Positions 17,986 through 26,349 are shown, counted from the first letter of the stretch. The stretch is 32,967 nucleotides of DNA from Clostridia bacterium (GCA_017612495.1 JAGAFQ010000062.1:1-32967), one strand, 5' to 3'. Translations and numbers: made by a program. The notes: a model not told the origin generated them from the letters alone.

Positions 17986-18856
17986 TTTTGCCTCGGCATT
18001 CGCCGACAAAAACAAGATAAGGGCTGGCTCTTTATATCTTGTCGCAACACCGATAGGAAATCTTGAAGATATTTCCGCAAGAGCCTTGAAAACGCTTTAT
18101 GAATGTGACTTCGTCGCGGCGGAGGATACGCGCAACACCGCAAAGCTTCTGCGCTTTTTCGGCATATCGAAGCCGATAGAATCGTATTATGAGCACAACA
18201 AAGAAAAAAGCGGCGAAAACATTATATCAAAGCTGAAAGCGGGCAAAAGCTGTGCGCTTGTGACCGATGCGGGAATGCCCGCGATAAGCGATCCCGGCGA
18301 AGATATAGTGCGTCTTTGCAAAGAAGAAAACATCGAAGTCTTCATAGTTCCCGGTGCCTGCGCCGCCGTTTCGGCTTTGGCGCTTTCGGGGCTTTCTACA
18401 AGATATTTTGCCTTTGAGGGCTTTTTGCCCACCGACACCAAAACGCGCAAGCAAAGACTTGAAAAGATAGCCGCCGAAGAGCGCACGCTTATCTTATATG
18501 AGGCGCCGCACAAGCTCAAAAACACGCTTTGCGATCTGCAAAAGGTGATGGGCAACAGAAAAATGTGCATCTGCCGCGAGCTGACGAAGATAAACGAGGA
18601 AAGCATAAAAACGACGGTAGACGAAGCGGTCTTGCACTATGAGAGCGCCGAGCCGAAAGGCGAATATGTGCTTGTTATAGAGGGAATTTGCGAAGAAGAG
18701 ATCAAAAAGACGGCGTTTTGGCAGACCCTCTCGAAAAGAGAACACGTCGAATATTACGTCGGCACGGGAATGAGCAAAAACGATGCGATAAAGGCTGCCG
18801 CGCGCGACAGAGGCGTGGCAAAAAGTGAAATTTATAATGAAGTTATGAAAAAATAA
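17957..18856 (+). CDS. rsmI: 16S rRNA (cytidine1402-2'-O)-methyltransferase
   Basis: LYLVATPIGNLEDIS, AAEDTRNTAKLL and DAGMPAISDPG are typical RsmI motifs. The ORF overlaps the upstream gene by 29 nt. Confidence 0.9.
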   Translation: MTERENYSFDFASAFADKNKIRAGSLYLVATPIGNLEDISARALKTLYECDFVAAEDTRNTAKLLRFFGISKPIESYYEHNKEKSGENIISKLKAGKSCALVTDAGMPAISDPGEDIVRLCKEENIEVFIVPGACAAVSALALSGLSTRYFAFEGFLPTDTKTRKQRLEKIAAEERTLILYEAPHKLKNTLCDLQKVMGNRKMCICRELTKINEESIKTTVDEAVLHYESAEPKGEYVLVIEGICEEEIKKTAFWQTLSKREHVEYYVGTGMSKNDAIKAAARDRGVAKSEIYNEVMKK

Positions 18857-18943
18857 ACGCAGAAAACCGATAGGAAAATACAAATATAAAAGACCGACAG
18901 AGCAATGAAACGGGCGGATAAGGCAGTTTTTTTGTAAAAAAGC

Positions 18944-18989
18944 ACCTGCTGAGAAGGAACTTGAAAATCCTTTTCAGCAGGTTTTCTTT
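18944..18989 (+). terminator. Intrinsic terminator after rsmI
   Basis: The 15-bp stem acctgctgagaagga pairs with tccttttcagcaggt (one G-T pair) around a 9-nt loop, followed by tttcttt. Confidence 0.75.
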
Positions 18990-19038
18990 ATTGCGCGTCT
19001 CATACCGCTGCAAGCAGGGAAAATATCTATATTTTCCG

Positions 19039-19260
19039 AATGAAGTCGCTGACGCTAATGAAGTCACTCACTTCGCTCGTTAATGAAGACGGTGCTTCGC
19101 ACCTAATGAAGCGAAGACGCCCGTGTTTCTTCCATTCTATCATTTCAATTTCTCCACCCGCGAAGCGTCTTCATTCCTTCATTAGCACGGCAGGGCGTCT
19201 TCATTTTCGGCGCGTGACGGCAATGCTTCAAAAAACATCTCTATCAGCACGCGCCGAAAA
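19039..19260. repeat. Mirror array: 4x AATGAAG, then 3-4x CTTCATT, followed by a 13-bp-stem hairpin
   Basis: Forward motifs lie at 19039, 19057, 19082 and 19105. Reverse-complement motifs lie at 19169, 19177 and 19199, with a partial cttcaaa at 19226. The distal hairpin is ttttcggcgcgtg (19204-19216) paired with cacgcgccgaaaa (19248-19260). A small hairpin, ggaaaatat/atattttcc, lies at 19018-19037. Confidence 0.8.
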
Positions 19261-19453
19261 TGTCGGTCTTTTTTTGTGCGAAAATTCGACACACAGAATT
19301 CAACAAGAAATTTTACCGTTTGATTTTTCTCCCCAAAAAGAGAGATTTTTCGACACGATTTGCTGTTAAGAACTTTGTTGATAATGTTGAAAATGCACGG
19401 TTTATCCGCTTTTCGGAAAGATAGAAAAATTTAACAGCTTGTTTATAACTCTT

Positions 19454-21859
19454 TTATGCGGCATTTATTTTTATTATGATGACGCTTTTGTCGTCATCTC
19501 TGCCGGCGCACTTGACTATCTTCGAGGCGAGGGTATTTACGTCGTCGTCGGCGTTCTCGCAAAGCGCCGCCCAAAGCGCATAATTATCACTTTGATTTGG
19601 AATTATGCCGTCGCTGACAAGGGCGATGATATCTCCCGCCTCGACTTTTAAACTCATTTTCTTTGCGAAAACGTCCGCTCCGATGCCAACGGGCATACCG
19701 CCGTTTTCTATCGGATAGATTTTGCCTCCGCGATAAAGCACGCTTTCGGTGGCGCCGCTTTTGAAAAATTCGGCGATGCCGCTTTTTTTGTCGATGCTCA
19801 AAAGGTCAACGGTGGTGAAGCACTCCTCTTTTCGCGCCGATAAAAAGGTGTTGAGCATATCGAGAGTGATCTCAAAATCCGCGCCGCCCATCAGCATTTT
19901 TTCAATGAACGCGGATGCGATCTTGGCGGTGAGATGTGCGTTTTCGCCCGAGCCCATGCCGTCGCAGATGCAGGTGTGAAAATGTCCGTTTGGCGAAGAA
20001 AAGGCGCATATCTCGTCTCCGCTGCTCCTTTCGCCGAGCTTCTTTTCGCCGGCAAAGCCGCAATCGACAAAGATCGTTTCGCCCATTTCAAGGCAGAGGG
20101 TCATATATCCGTTTGAATCGTATATTTCGGGCGCGGTCAGAGGAAAGCCGCAGGCTTTTTCGAGCGTTTTTCTTATATGCTCGGCGCAAACGGGCATCTT
20201 TGCGGGATTTACACCGCCGATGACGATCTTTTTTCCGACCTCGCTTGTGCCGAAAGCGGCGATGCCGTCGAACTCAAAATCGAGAGTGTCGGATATTTGC
20301 GCAAGCTTTTTGCAGAGCGGATAATCCGTTTTGCGCATCAGCGCCGTTTTCTTTGCGACCGACGTCAACATCTTTGAAAAATGCTCGTATTCGAGCGCCT
20401 CGATGCCTGCTTTATCGAACTTTAAGTTTTCTTCGAGCTTTTTATATACACAGTCTTTGATGGCGGCTTTTATCTTTTCTGAATTTTTGCAGGCGTTTTT
20501 GAGATATTCGGGAGTGTCAAAATCGGCAGATCTTGAAAAGCCCGATACCGCAAAGGAATATTTATAGAAATATTCTTCGTATTTTGCCAGATTTTTTATT
20601 TTGCAGTCGTCTGCCGTTTCGCAGGCAAGGCAGGCGGCGGCGATGTTCTCTTTGCAAATGTCGCTTATCTGTTCAAACGAAAGAGCTCTTGCGTTTTGCG
20701 AGATCTGCAAAAACATTTCAGACACGTCGAGGAGCGCCTTTGAAAGCGCGGCGATGTCAAATTCCGCTTTCTGCGGCAGCAAGACAGGCTTTTTTGCGGC
20801 TTTTTTCTCGGCAGCCGCAAGGTCGATCACGGGATATTTTTCCGGTATTTTCAGTGCGTCGAGAGTGAGCGACACAAGCGATGAGAGCATAAGCGGCACG
20901 ATAAGCGCTTGCGTTTTTATAAGCCCCGATATGATGAGCGAAAACGAGAGCGCGCAAACGGAGGGCAAAAAGCGCTTTGAAAACGCAGGACTTTTTGCCC
21001 TATGGAGCGATGCGGCAAAGACCGAAAAAAACAAAAATATCAATATATAGTCATATCCGAGCGGCAAAGCTGCCGCCAAAGAAAGAGCGGCGGATACAAG
21101 CGCTCCGTTTTTGGCAAAATATAAGGAGATGAGCGATACGAGCGCGGCGCAGAGAAAAAATCCGATTTCAGGTATCTGCAAGAGCGAGAGCGAAAAAAGA
21201 CACGCCGAAAGCAGATAAGAACAATATTTCGTGTTTTGAGAAAAAAGGCGCTTGTCAAACGGTTTTGCAAGCAAAAACGCGCACGCGCCCGACAAAATCA
21301 CCGCAAGGATGCAAACAAAAACGTCCGAAAAACGTTCGCTTGAAAAGAGTTTTGTCTGCACGGCGCAAAAGCCGCCCAAAATTCCGATGGCGGCGCAAAA
21401 ATACGGGCTTTCGCAAAAGAACATCTTTTGCTTTTTTATTTTTTCTTCCGCCGAATAAATCAGCATATCGTAGTATAGATATATACCGAGCCCTATGCGC
21501 GCAAAAAACACAAGGCACAAAGAGATGATCAAAGGGACGTCAAGTTTTAATACCGCAAAGAGCAGCGCTCCGAAAAATGCCTGCGGAACGAACCTTTGCA
21601 GAGCGCAAAGCAGCGCCGCGCCGAAGATGTGAGTGCCGAAAATCGAGGCGCCGCAGAGCAAAAACGCAAAAGCAAAAGACAAAAGCGAATATAAGCCCCA
21701 GCGCAATATAACCCGTATGCGCACGCTTTTTATGCCGAAAAGCGCCTTTCCCAGATCCTCTTTGTCAGAGAAAAAATCATCAACGTACACCGATAGAGAC
21801 TTTTTTGAAAAAAGCTTTGCAAAATCTGAAAAAAACTGACGATATTCCAACTTATACAC
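19454..21859 (-). CDS. spoIIE: Stage II sporulation protein E (membrane PP2C phosphatase)
   Basis: The ORF is 801 aa. The N-terminal ~330 aa are polytopic membrane segments. The C-terminal PP2C/SpoIIE domain has CDGMGSGENA and ALVSDG. A GTG at 21859 or a TTG at 21850 could be the start. Confidence 0.85.
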   Translation of the reverse strand: MYKLEYRQFFSDFAKLFSKKSLSVYVDDFFSDKEDLGKALFGIKSVRIRVILRWGLYSLLSFAFAFLLCGASIFGTHIFGAALLCALQRFVPQAFFGALLFAVLKLDVPLIISLCLVFFARIGLGIYLYYDMLIYSAEEKIKKQKMFFCESPYFCAAIGILGGFCAVQTKLFSSERFSDVFVCILAVILSGACAFLLAKPFDKRLFSQNTKYCSYLLSACLFSLSLLQIPEIGFFLCAALVSLISLYFAKNGALVSAALSLAAALPLGYDYILIFLFFSVFAASLHRAKSPAFSKRFLPSVCALSFSLIISGLIKTQALIVPLMLSSLVSLTLDALKIPEKYPVIDLAAAEKKAAKKPVLLPQKAEFDIAALSKALLDVSEMFLQISQNARALSFEQISDICKENIAAACLACETADDCKIKNLAKYEEYFYKYSFAVSGFSRSADFDTPEYLKNACKNSEKIKAAIKDCVYKKLEENLKFDKAGIEALEYEHFSKMLTSVAKKTALMRKTDYPLCKKLAQISDTLDFEFDGIAAFGTSEVGKKIVIGGVNPAKMPVCAEHIRKTLEKACGFPLTAPEIYDSNGYMTLCLEMGETIFVDCGFAGEKKLGERSSGDEICAFSSPNGHFHTCICDGMGSGENAHLTAKIASAFIEKMLMGGADFEITLDMLNTFLSARKEECFTTVDLLSIDKKSGIAEFFKSGATESVLYRGGKIYPIENGGMPVGIGADVFAKKMSLKVEAGDIIALVSDGIIPNQSDNYALWAALCENADDDVNTLASKIVKCAGRDDDKSVIIIKINAA

Positions 21860-21961
21860 ATCCTTATCCCTTTTTTTACATAATTATTTTAGCGGATAAG
21901 AACAAAATTTTATGTCAAAACAGACGTGGCGAAAGATAATTTTTTCGGGCGCAATCGGTCT

Positions 21962-22246
21962 TTATTTGTAAAAAGATAAATAAAGGCAGACACATATTGC
22001 CGAAAATTGAAGAATCATAAGCGAAAGAAACAGAAAAATTTTACGTTTTTTGCCGACGGCTTCGGCTTTGCCCAAAGTCTTTTCGTTCGGCAGTTGCGAA
22101 GATTCGTTTTGCACGATGCGGCAAGCCTCTTTTATAATGTCGCACTTCGGCAGCGGAGTTTTTCCTTTCAAAATAAAATAGGCTTCCTCGATATACGGGC
22201 TTCCCGTGTTTTTGATGACAACGATTTTCTTTTCAAGACCTTTCAT
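21962..22246 (-). CDS. Hypothetical 94-aa protein with a C-terminal membrane anchor, upstream of spoIIE
   Basis: The soluble N-terminal region reads KKIVVIKNTGSPYIEEAYFILKGK. A single C-terminal hydrophobic helix follows. The RBS is GGGAGG. I cannot assign a family with confidence. Confidence 0.5.
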   Translation of the reverse strand: MKGLEKKIVVIKNTGSPYIEEAYFILKGKTPLPKCDIIKEACRIVQNESSQLPNEKTLGKAEAVGKKRKIFLFLSLMILQFSAICVCLYLSFYK

Positions 22247-22301
22247 AGAACCTCCCGCTTTTCAAAAAAATTCATTTGCTTGATTATTTCCCCAAAGCAT
22301 A

Positions 22302-22336
22302 AAAATATACACATCGTTTTTGAATGTGTATATTTT
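22302..22336. promoter_or_regulatory. Perfect 13-bp inverted repeat centred in a divergent promoter region
   Basis: The sequence is aaaatatacacat, 9 nt, then atgtgtatatttt. Its centre at 22319 is the exact midpoint between the start codons at 22246 (-) and 22392 (+). Each arm can be read as TATACA (-35-like) for one direction and TATATT (-10-like) for the other. Confidence 0.5.
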
Positions 22337-22391
22337 GCGATTCTTTTTACAAAATATTTATGTCAACGTTTATTATCTTTGAAAAAATAAA

Positions 22392-24704
22392 ATGAACAAT
22401 CCGAAAATATGTGCGGTGATCTTGGCGGGCGGCTTCGGCTCAAGGCTTCGTCCCATAACCGACACTCTGCCAAAGCCGCTGACTAAAATATTAGACAGAC
22501 CCGTTATGAGTTATGCTCTTGATATGATAAAAAATTGCGGCGCTATCCGCGCCTATGTAACGACACGCTATCTTGCCGAAAAGATATCCGAACATTTCGG
22601 CGAAAACTACGGAACTATATCTCTTCACTATAACAAAGAAGAAACGCCTCTGGGCACGGCGGGCTCGGTCGCGGCGGCGCTTGGCGGCGTTCTTGACGAT
22701 TACGACTGTTTTCTTGTTTTGAGCGGAGATGCCGTTTGCGATTTCGATTTGAATCCGGCGATAGCTTTTCATATAAAAAACGGCAACGACGCGACCATCG
22801 TCAGTTACCGAAAAAACGAGACGGCGGAATACGGCACGATAAGAGTAGAAAAGGACGGCGATAATGCCGATATGCAAAACGGCAAGATATTATCGTTTAT
22901 CGAAAAGCCTCCGCTTTCGCAGAGTTACAGCGATCTTGTCAACACAGGGATTTATATACTCTCGAAAAAAGCGATAGAAAAGATACCCGAGGGCGAATAT
23001 GACTTCGGCAAAGAGCTTTTTCCGAAAATGCTGGCAGACGGCGACAGACTCTTTTCTTATGAGGCGAGCGGGTATTGGTGCGATATCGGAAAAATATCGG
23101 AATACCGCCGCTGTCTTTGCGATATTATGCGCCGCAAAAACCTTGAAAACTATATAGACCCCTCGGCAGAGATCGCCGAGGACTGCGATATTTCGCAAAG
23201 AAGCGTTTTGGAAAAAGGCACAAAAGTCGGCAAGGGCTGCGATATTGAGGCATCCGTGCTGCTTGAAAACTGCAAAATCGGCGGCGGGTGCAAGATAACG
23301 AACGCGATAATTTGCGAAAACTGCGTTATCGAAGAGGGCTGCGTCGTGCCGAGCGGATGTATAATAGGCGGCTCGTGCAGGATACGCAAAAACACGGTGC
23401 TTATGCCGAACACGCAAATCGAGAGCGGCAAGGAGATAGGCAGCGACGGCTTTTATGAAGATGAGAACATCCCGTTTTCGGGTACTTTCCCCGCGCTTCA
23501 AAAGGACGGTTTTTGCGGAGAGTTTTATTACGAGTTCGATTTTTCCTTTGCCGTATCTTTGGGCAGAGCGGCGGCGTCGCTTGAAAACGTTTTGTCCGTC
23601 GGCATATACCACGACGGCGAAAAACACAGCGAAAACATCGCCCGCGCGATAGCTCTGGGCGTGCTTGAATGCGGCAAAAACGCCGTCATTTACAGAGACG
23701 TTTTCGACGGCGGAATGGTCTTTTGCGCCAAAGCGGATAAAAACGGGCTATTGTTTCACATAAGTTCTTTTTGCAAAAGGATATATGCGAAGATATATGA
23801 CGAAAACGGCGTTTTCCCGACCCGCGATATAGAAAACAAGATAATATCTGCGCTTCAAAAAAAGCCCAAATGTGCGAGCTTCTGCGGTAAGATCATCGAA
23901 AAGGACGACTTTATAACGAGATATCAAAGAGCCGTTTTTGAAAAATACAAATCGATAAGGCTTGACGGTATGAAGATACGCCTGCGCTCAAACGCCGTTT
24001 CTCACATTTTGGGCGAGATGCTTTCAAAGAGCGGCGCAAACGTAAGATACGAGGGGCAAAGACAGGATATGCTCTGCCTTGATATTTCCGATGACGGCAA
24101 GGAGCTTTTCGCGAGCCGCTTTGAAAACGGAAGGATATATCAAGCCGACCGCTGTCATATCGCCGCCGCCGTGGTAGCTTTTCTCGGCGCAAAGATCTTA
24201 TATTTGCCCGGCGACTGCTTATTCGGAATTGAAAGAGTCGTTGAAAAACGCGGATGCCGCGTTTTGCGTTTCGGCATATCCGCGCAAAATGCAGATACCG
24301 AAGAGGGCGATGCAAGAAAGAAATTTTATCTTAACTCATATCTTTTCGACGCGCTCGAACTCGCCTTTGTGTTTTCAGCCTGCGTTTTTGCTCAAAGCTT
24401 TGAAAATACGCTCAAAGAGCTGCCGCAATTTGAGGTATTTTCCGACAGCGTAAAGGTCAAAAAAGGCGACAGATGCTTTGTGATGAAATCGCTTTACGAT
24501 ATGCCCGAAAACAAGCAGACCGCTTTTTCGCAAAAAGAGGGCGTCGGCTTGGAATTTGAGCACGGCAAGGTGCACGTAATGCCGTACGGCGACGGTGTTT
24601 TTTCGATCGTTTCGGATGCGGAATGCTATGAAACCGCAAAAGAACTTGCCGACATCACAAAAGAAAAAATCGAAAAGCTCATAGCGAAACGACGCGAAAA
24701 ATAA
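22392..24704 (+). CDS. Sugar-phosphate nucleotidyltransferase, left-handed beta-helix and phosphohexomutase-like C-terminal module (770 aa)
   Basis: The N-terminus ILAGGFGSRLRPITDTLPKPL is the NTP-transferase signature. Residues ~255-350 are hexapeptide repeats. Residues ~400-770 resemble PGM/PMM architecture, but the catalytic motifs are degenerate (see findings). No Shine-Dalgarno sequence precedes the ATG. Confidence 0.7.
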   Translation: MNNPKICAVILAGGFGSRLRPITDTLPKPLTKILDRPVMSYALDMIKNCGAIRAYVTTRYLAEKISEHFGENYGTISLHYNKEETPLGTAGSVAAALGGVLDDYDCFLVLSGDAVCDFDLNPAIAFHIKNGNDATIVSYRKNETAEYGTIRVEKDGDNADMQNGKILSFIEKPPLSQSYSDLVNTGIYILSKKAIEKIPEGEYDFGKELFPKMLADGDRLFSYEASGYWCDIGKISEYRRCLCDIMRRKNLENYIDPSAEIAEDCDISQRSVLEKGTKVGKGCDIEASVLLENCKIGGGCKITNAIICENCVIEEGCVVPSGCIIGGSCRIRKNTVLMPNTQIESGKEIGSDGFYEDENIPFSGTFPALQKDGFCGEFYYEFDFSFAVSLGRAAASLENVLSVGIYHDGEKHSENIARAIALGVLECGKNAVIYRDVFDGGMVFCAKADKNGLLFHISSFCKRIYAKIYDENGVFPTRDIENKIISALQKKPKCASFCGKIIEKDDFITRYQRAVFEKYKSIRLDGMKIRLRSNAVSHILGEMLSKSGANVRYEGQRQDMLCLDISDDGKELFASRFENGRIYQADRCHIAAAVVAFLGAKILYLPGDCLFGIERVVEKRGCRVLRFGISAQNADTEEGDARKKFYLNSYLFDALELAFVFSACVFAQSFENTLKELPQFEVFSDSVKVKKGDRCFVMKSLYDMPENKQTAFSQKEGVGLEFEHGKVHVMPYGDGVFSIVSDAECYETAKELADITKEKIEKLIAKRREK

Positions 24705-24710
24705 AATATA

Positions 24711-24743
24711 AAACGGCGCCGATGCCCACCCGGCGCCGTTTTT
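24711..24743 (+). terminator. Intrinsic terminator after the nucleotidyltransferase gene
   Basis: The stem cggcgccg (24714-24721) pairs with cggcgccg (24731-24738), followed by ttttt. Confidence 0.75.
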
Positions 24744-24905
24744 ATGCTTATTCTACCGTCAGCAGAGTGACAAAAAGCAAACTCTACTTGCCCATTTTCA
24801 CAAAGGCGACGGCGCAAAGGCAACAATAGATTGAAAATTCCGCCGTGCCGTGCGAAAATGGATTTACAAAGACAGGAATATTTCAAAAGGGGTAAACGAT
24901 AAAAA

Positions 24906-25817
24906 ATGGAAAAATTTTTGCTTTCATGTGAATCGTGCATCGATATGCCTTATGAATACATCAAAAGACGCAACGTTTCGGTACTGTTTTACACGTATGA
25001 GGTAAACGGCGAGGTCTTTTATGACGATATGGGTGAAGTGGTAAAAACGAAAAAAACGGAGAAAGCCGAGGACGGATCGGAGAAGTTTTGGAACACACAG
25101 CGAGAGGGCGTTTGTCCCGTGACATCCCCGATAAGCCAAAAGTGCTATTACGACTATTTTGAAAAGATCTCCGCATCCGACGACGTTTTGCATATCTCTT
25201 TGGGCTCGGGCATCAGCAAATCTTTTTTCAATGCGCTCTCGGCGGCAAAAGAGCTTATGGAGAAATATCCCGAACGAAAGATCGCCGTTTTGGACACTCA
25301 TTGCCTCTCGGGCGGATACGGTATGGCGGTAGACCTTGCCTGCGATCTGCGCGACGGCGGCTGCGGATTTGACGAGCTTTCATCACAGCTCTCGGATGAA
25401 TGCCGCAAGATACATCACCGCTTTTTTACATCAGACCTTTCTTTTTTGCGAAAGAGCGGCAGACTTTCAAGTGTTTTTTCTACGGTGGCATCGGCGCTCG
25501 GCTCATGTCAGATAATGCAGCTCGATTTTGACGGCAATATCGTCGTCTGCGACAAGGTCAGAGGCGAAAATAAGGCTGTCGAAGAAATAGCGATCGCCAT
25601 GGCGGGACGTTGCCGCGGCGGATTTGAATATGCCGACAAATGCTTTATTTGCCACTCGGATAACGCCGCCTCTGCCGAGGCGCTGCGCACAAAGCTCGAA
25701 GAAAACTTTGAAAAGCTTACGGGCAAGATAAAAATTTTCGGTATGGGACCGATCACCGGCGCGCATTGCGGTCCCGGCACCGTTGCTTTGTTCTTCTTCG
25801 GCGAAGAAAGACAATGA
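24906..25817 (+). CDS. DegV family fatty-acid-binding protein
   Basis: The ORF is 303 aa. DegV-like motifs are TSPISQ...HISLGSGISKSF...VLDTHCLSGGYG...FTSDLSFLRKSGRLS. Confidence 0.75.
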   Translation: MEKFLLSCESCIDMPYEYIKRRNVSVLFYTYEVNGEVFYDDMGEVVKTKKTEKAEDGSEKFWNTQREGVCPVTSPISQKCYYDYFEKISASDDVLHISLGSGISKSFFNALSAAKELMEKYPERKIAVLDTHCLSGGYGMAVDLACDLRDGGCGFDELSSQLSDECRKIHHRFFTSDLSFLRKSGRLSSVFSTVASALGSCQIMQLDFDGNIVVCDKVRGENKAVEEIAIAMAGRCRGGFEYADKCFICHSDNAASAEALRTKLEENFEKLTGKIKIFGMGPITGAHCGPGTVALFFFGEERQ

Positions 25818-25884
25818 GAAGGTCAAATCCCGTTAAAACACGGCTATGCAACAAAAAAGCACACCTATCGGTGTGCTTTTTTGT
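25818..25884 (+). repeat. 67-bp direct repeat, copy A (contains the DegV terminator hairpin)
   Basis: Copy A is 64/67 identical to 26068-26134. It contains the hairpin agcacacc-tatc-ggtgtgct followed by tttttgt (25858-25882). Confidence 0.85.
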
Positions 25885-26067
25885 ATATCCAAGTCGCTTG
25901 CGGCTTGGATAAGTGACCCGTACGTACTATGGCAAAAGATCCGAAAGAAAAGTCAATGCTCGCGCATTGACCTCTTGCTTTTTTGCACAGAGCGAACAAA
26001 GATAAACGCCCCCTTCCTTAAAAACGACGCACCGTGTCGTTTTTATCGCGGCTACGCCATGCGACCG

Positions 26068-26134
26068 GAAGGTCAATTCCCGTTAAAATACGGCTATGCA
26101 ACAAAATAGCACACCTATCGGTGTGCTTTTTTGT
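26068..26134 (+). repeat. 67-bp direct repeat, copy B (abuts the tRNA-Glu 3' end)
   Basis: The sequence is the same as copy A with 3 substitutions. It ends 1 nt before the CCA end of tRNA-Glu. Confidence 0.85.
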
Positions 26135-26209
26135 TGGTGACCCGTACGGGAATTGAACCCATGTTACAGCCGTGAAAGGGCCGTGTCTTAACCTCTTGAC
26201 CAACGGGCC
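26135..26209 (-). tRNA. tRNA-Glu (anticodon UUC), CCA encoded
   Basis: The reverse complement reads GGCCCGTTGGTCAAGAGGTTAAGACACGGCCCTTTCACGGCTGTAACATGGGTTCAATTCCCGTACGGGTCACCA. The anticodon loop is CTTTCAC. The sequence is very close to Firmicute tRNA-Glu. Confidence 0.9.
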
Positions 26210-26213
26210 TTAT

Positions 26214-26290
26214 TGGTAGCGAGAGTTGGATTTGAACCCACGACCGTTCGGGTATGAACCGAATGCTCTAGCCAACTGAGCTATCTCGCC
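26214..26290 (-). tRNA. tRNA-Met (anticodon CAU, elongator type), CCA encoded
   Basis: The reverse complement reads GGCGAGATAGCTCAGTTGGCTAGAGCATTCGGTTCATACCCGAACGGTCGTGGGTTCAAATCCAACTCTCGCTACCA. The anticodon loop TTCATAC is typical of elongator Met rather than initiator or Ile2. Confidence 0.85.
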
Positions 26291-26320
26291 ATATCGCAAC
26301 GTTTCAACCGTTGCTATAAG

Positions 26321-26349
26321 ATTCTATCACAGCAACTCCCGTTTGTCAA
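26321..26349 (-). promoter_or_regulatory. Sigma-A type promoter for the tRNA-Met/tRNA-Glu operon
   Basis: The minus strand reads TTGACA, a 17-nt spacer, then TAGAAT. The -10 ends about 30 nt upstream of the tRNA-Met 5' end. Confidence 0.6.

Noticed and set aside
19040-19369. 109-aa ORF (MKSLTLMKSLTSLV...) on the + strand
   Set aside because: Its repetitive N-terminus simply translates the AATGAAG repeat array. It has no RBS and lies in a convergent intergenic region, so it is most likely non-coding.
25846-26109. 87-aa ORF spanning from repeat copy A to copy B
   Set aside because: It starts and ends inside the 67-bp repeats and crosses several terminator hairpins. It has no RBS or recognisable domain.
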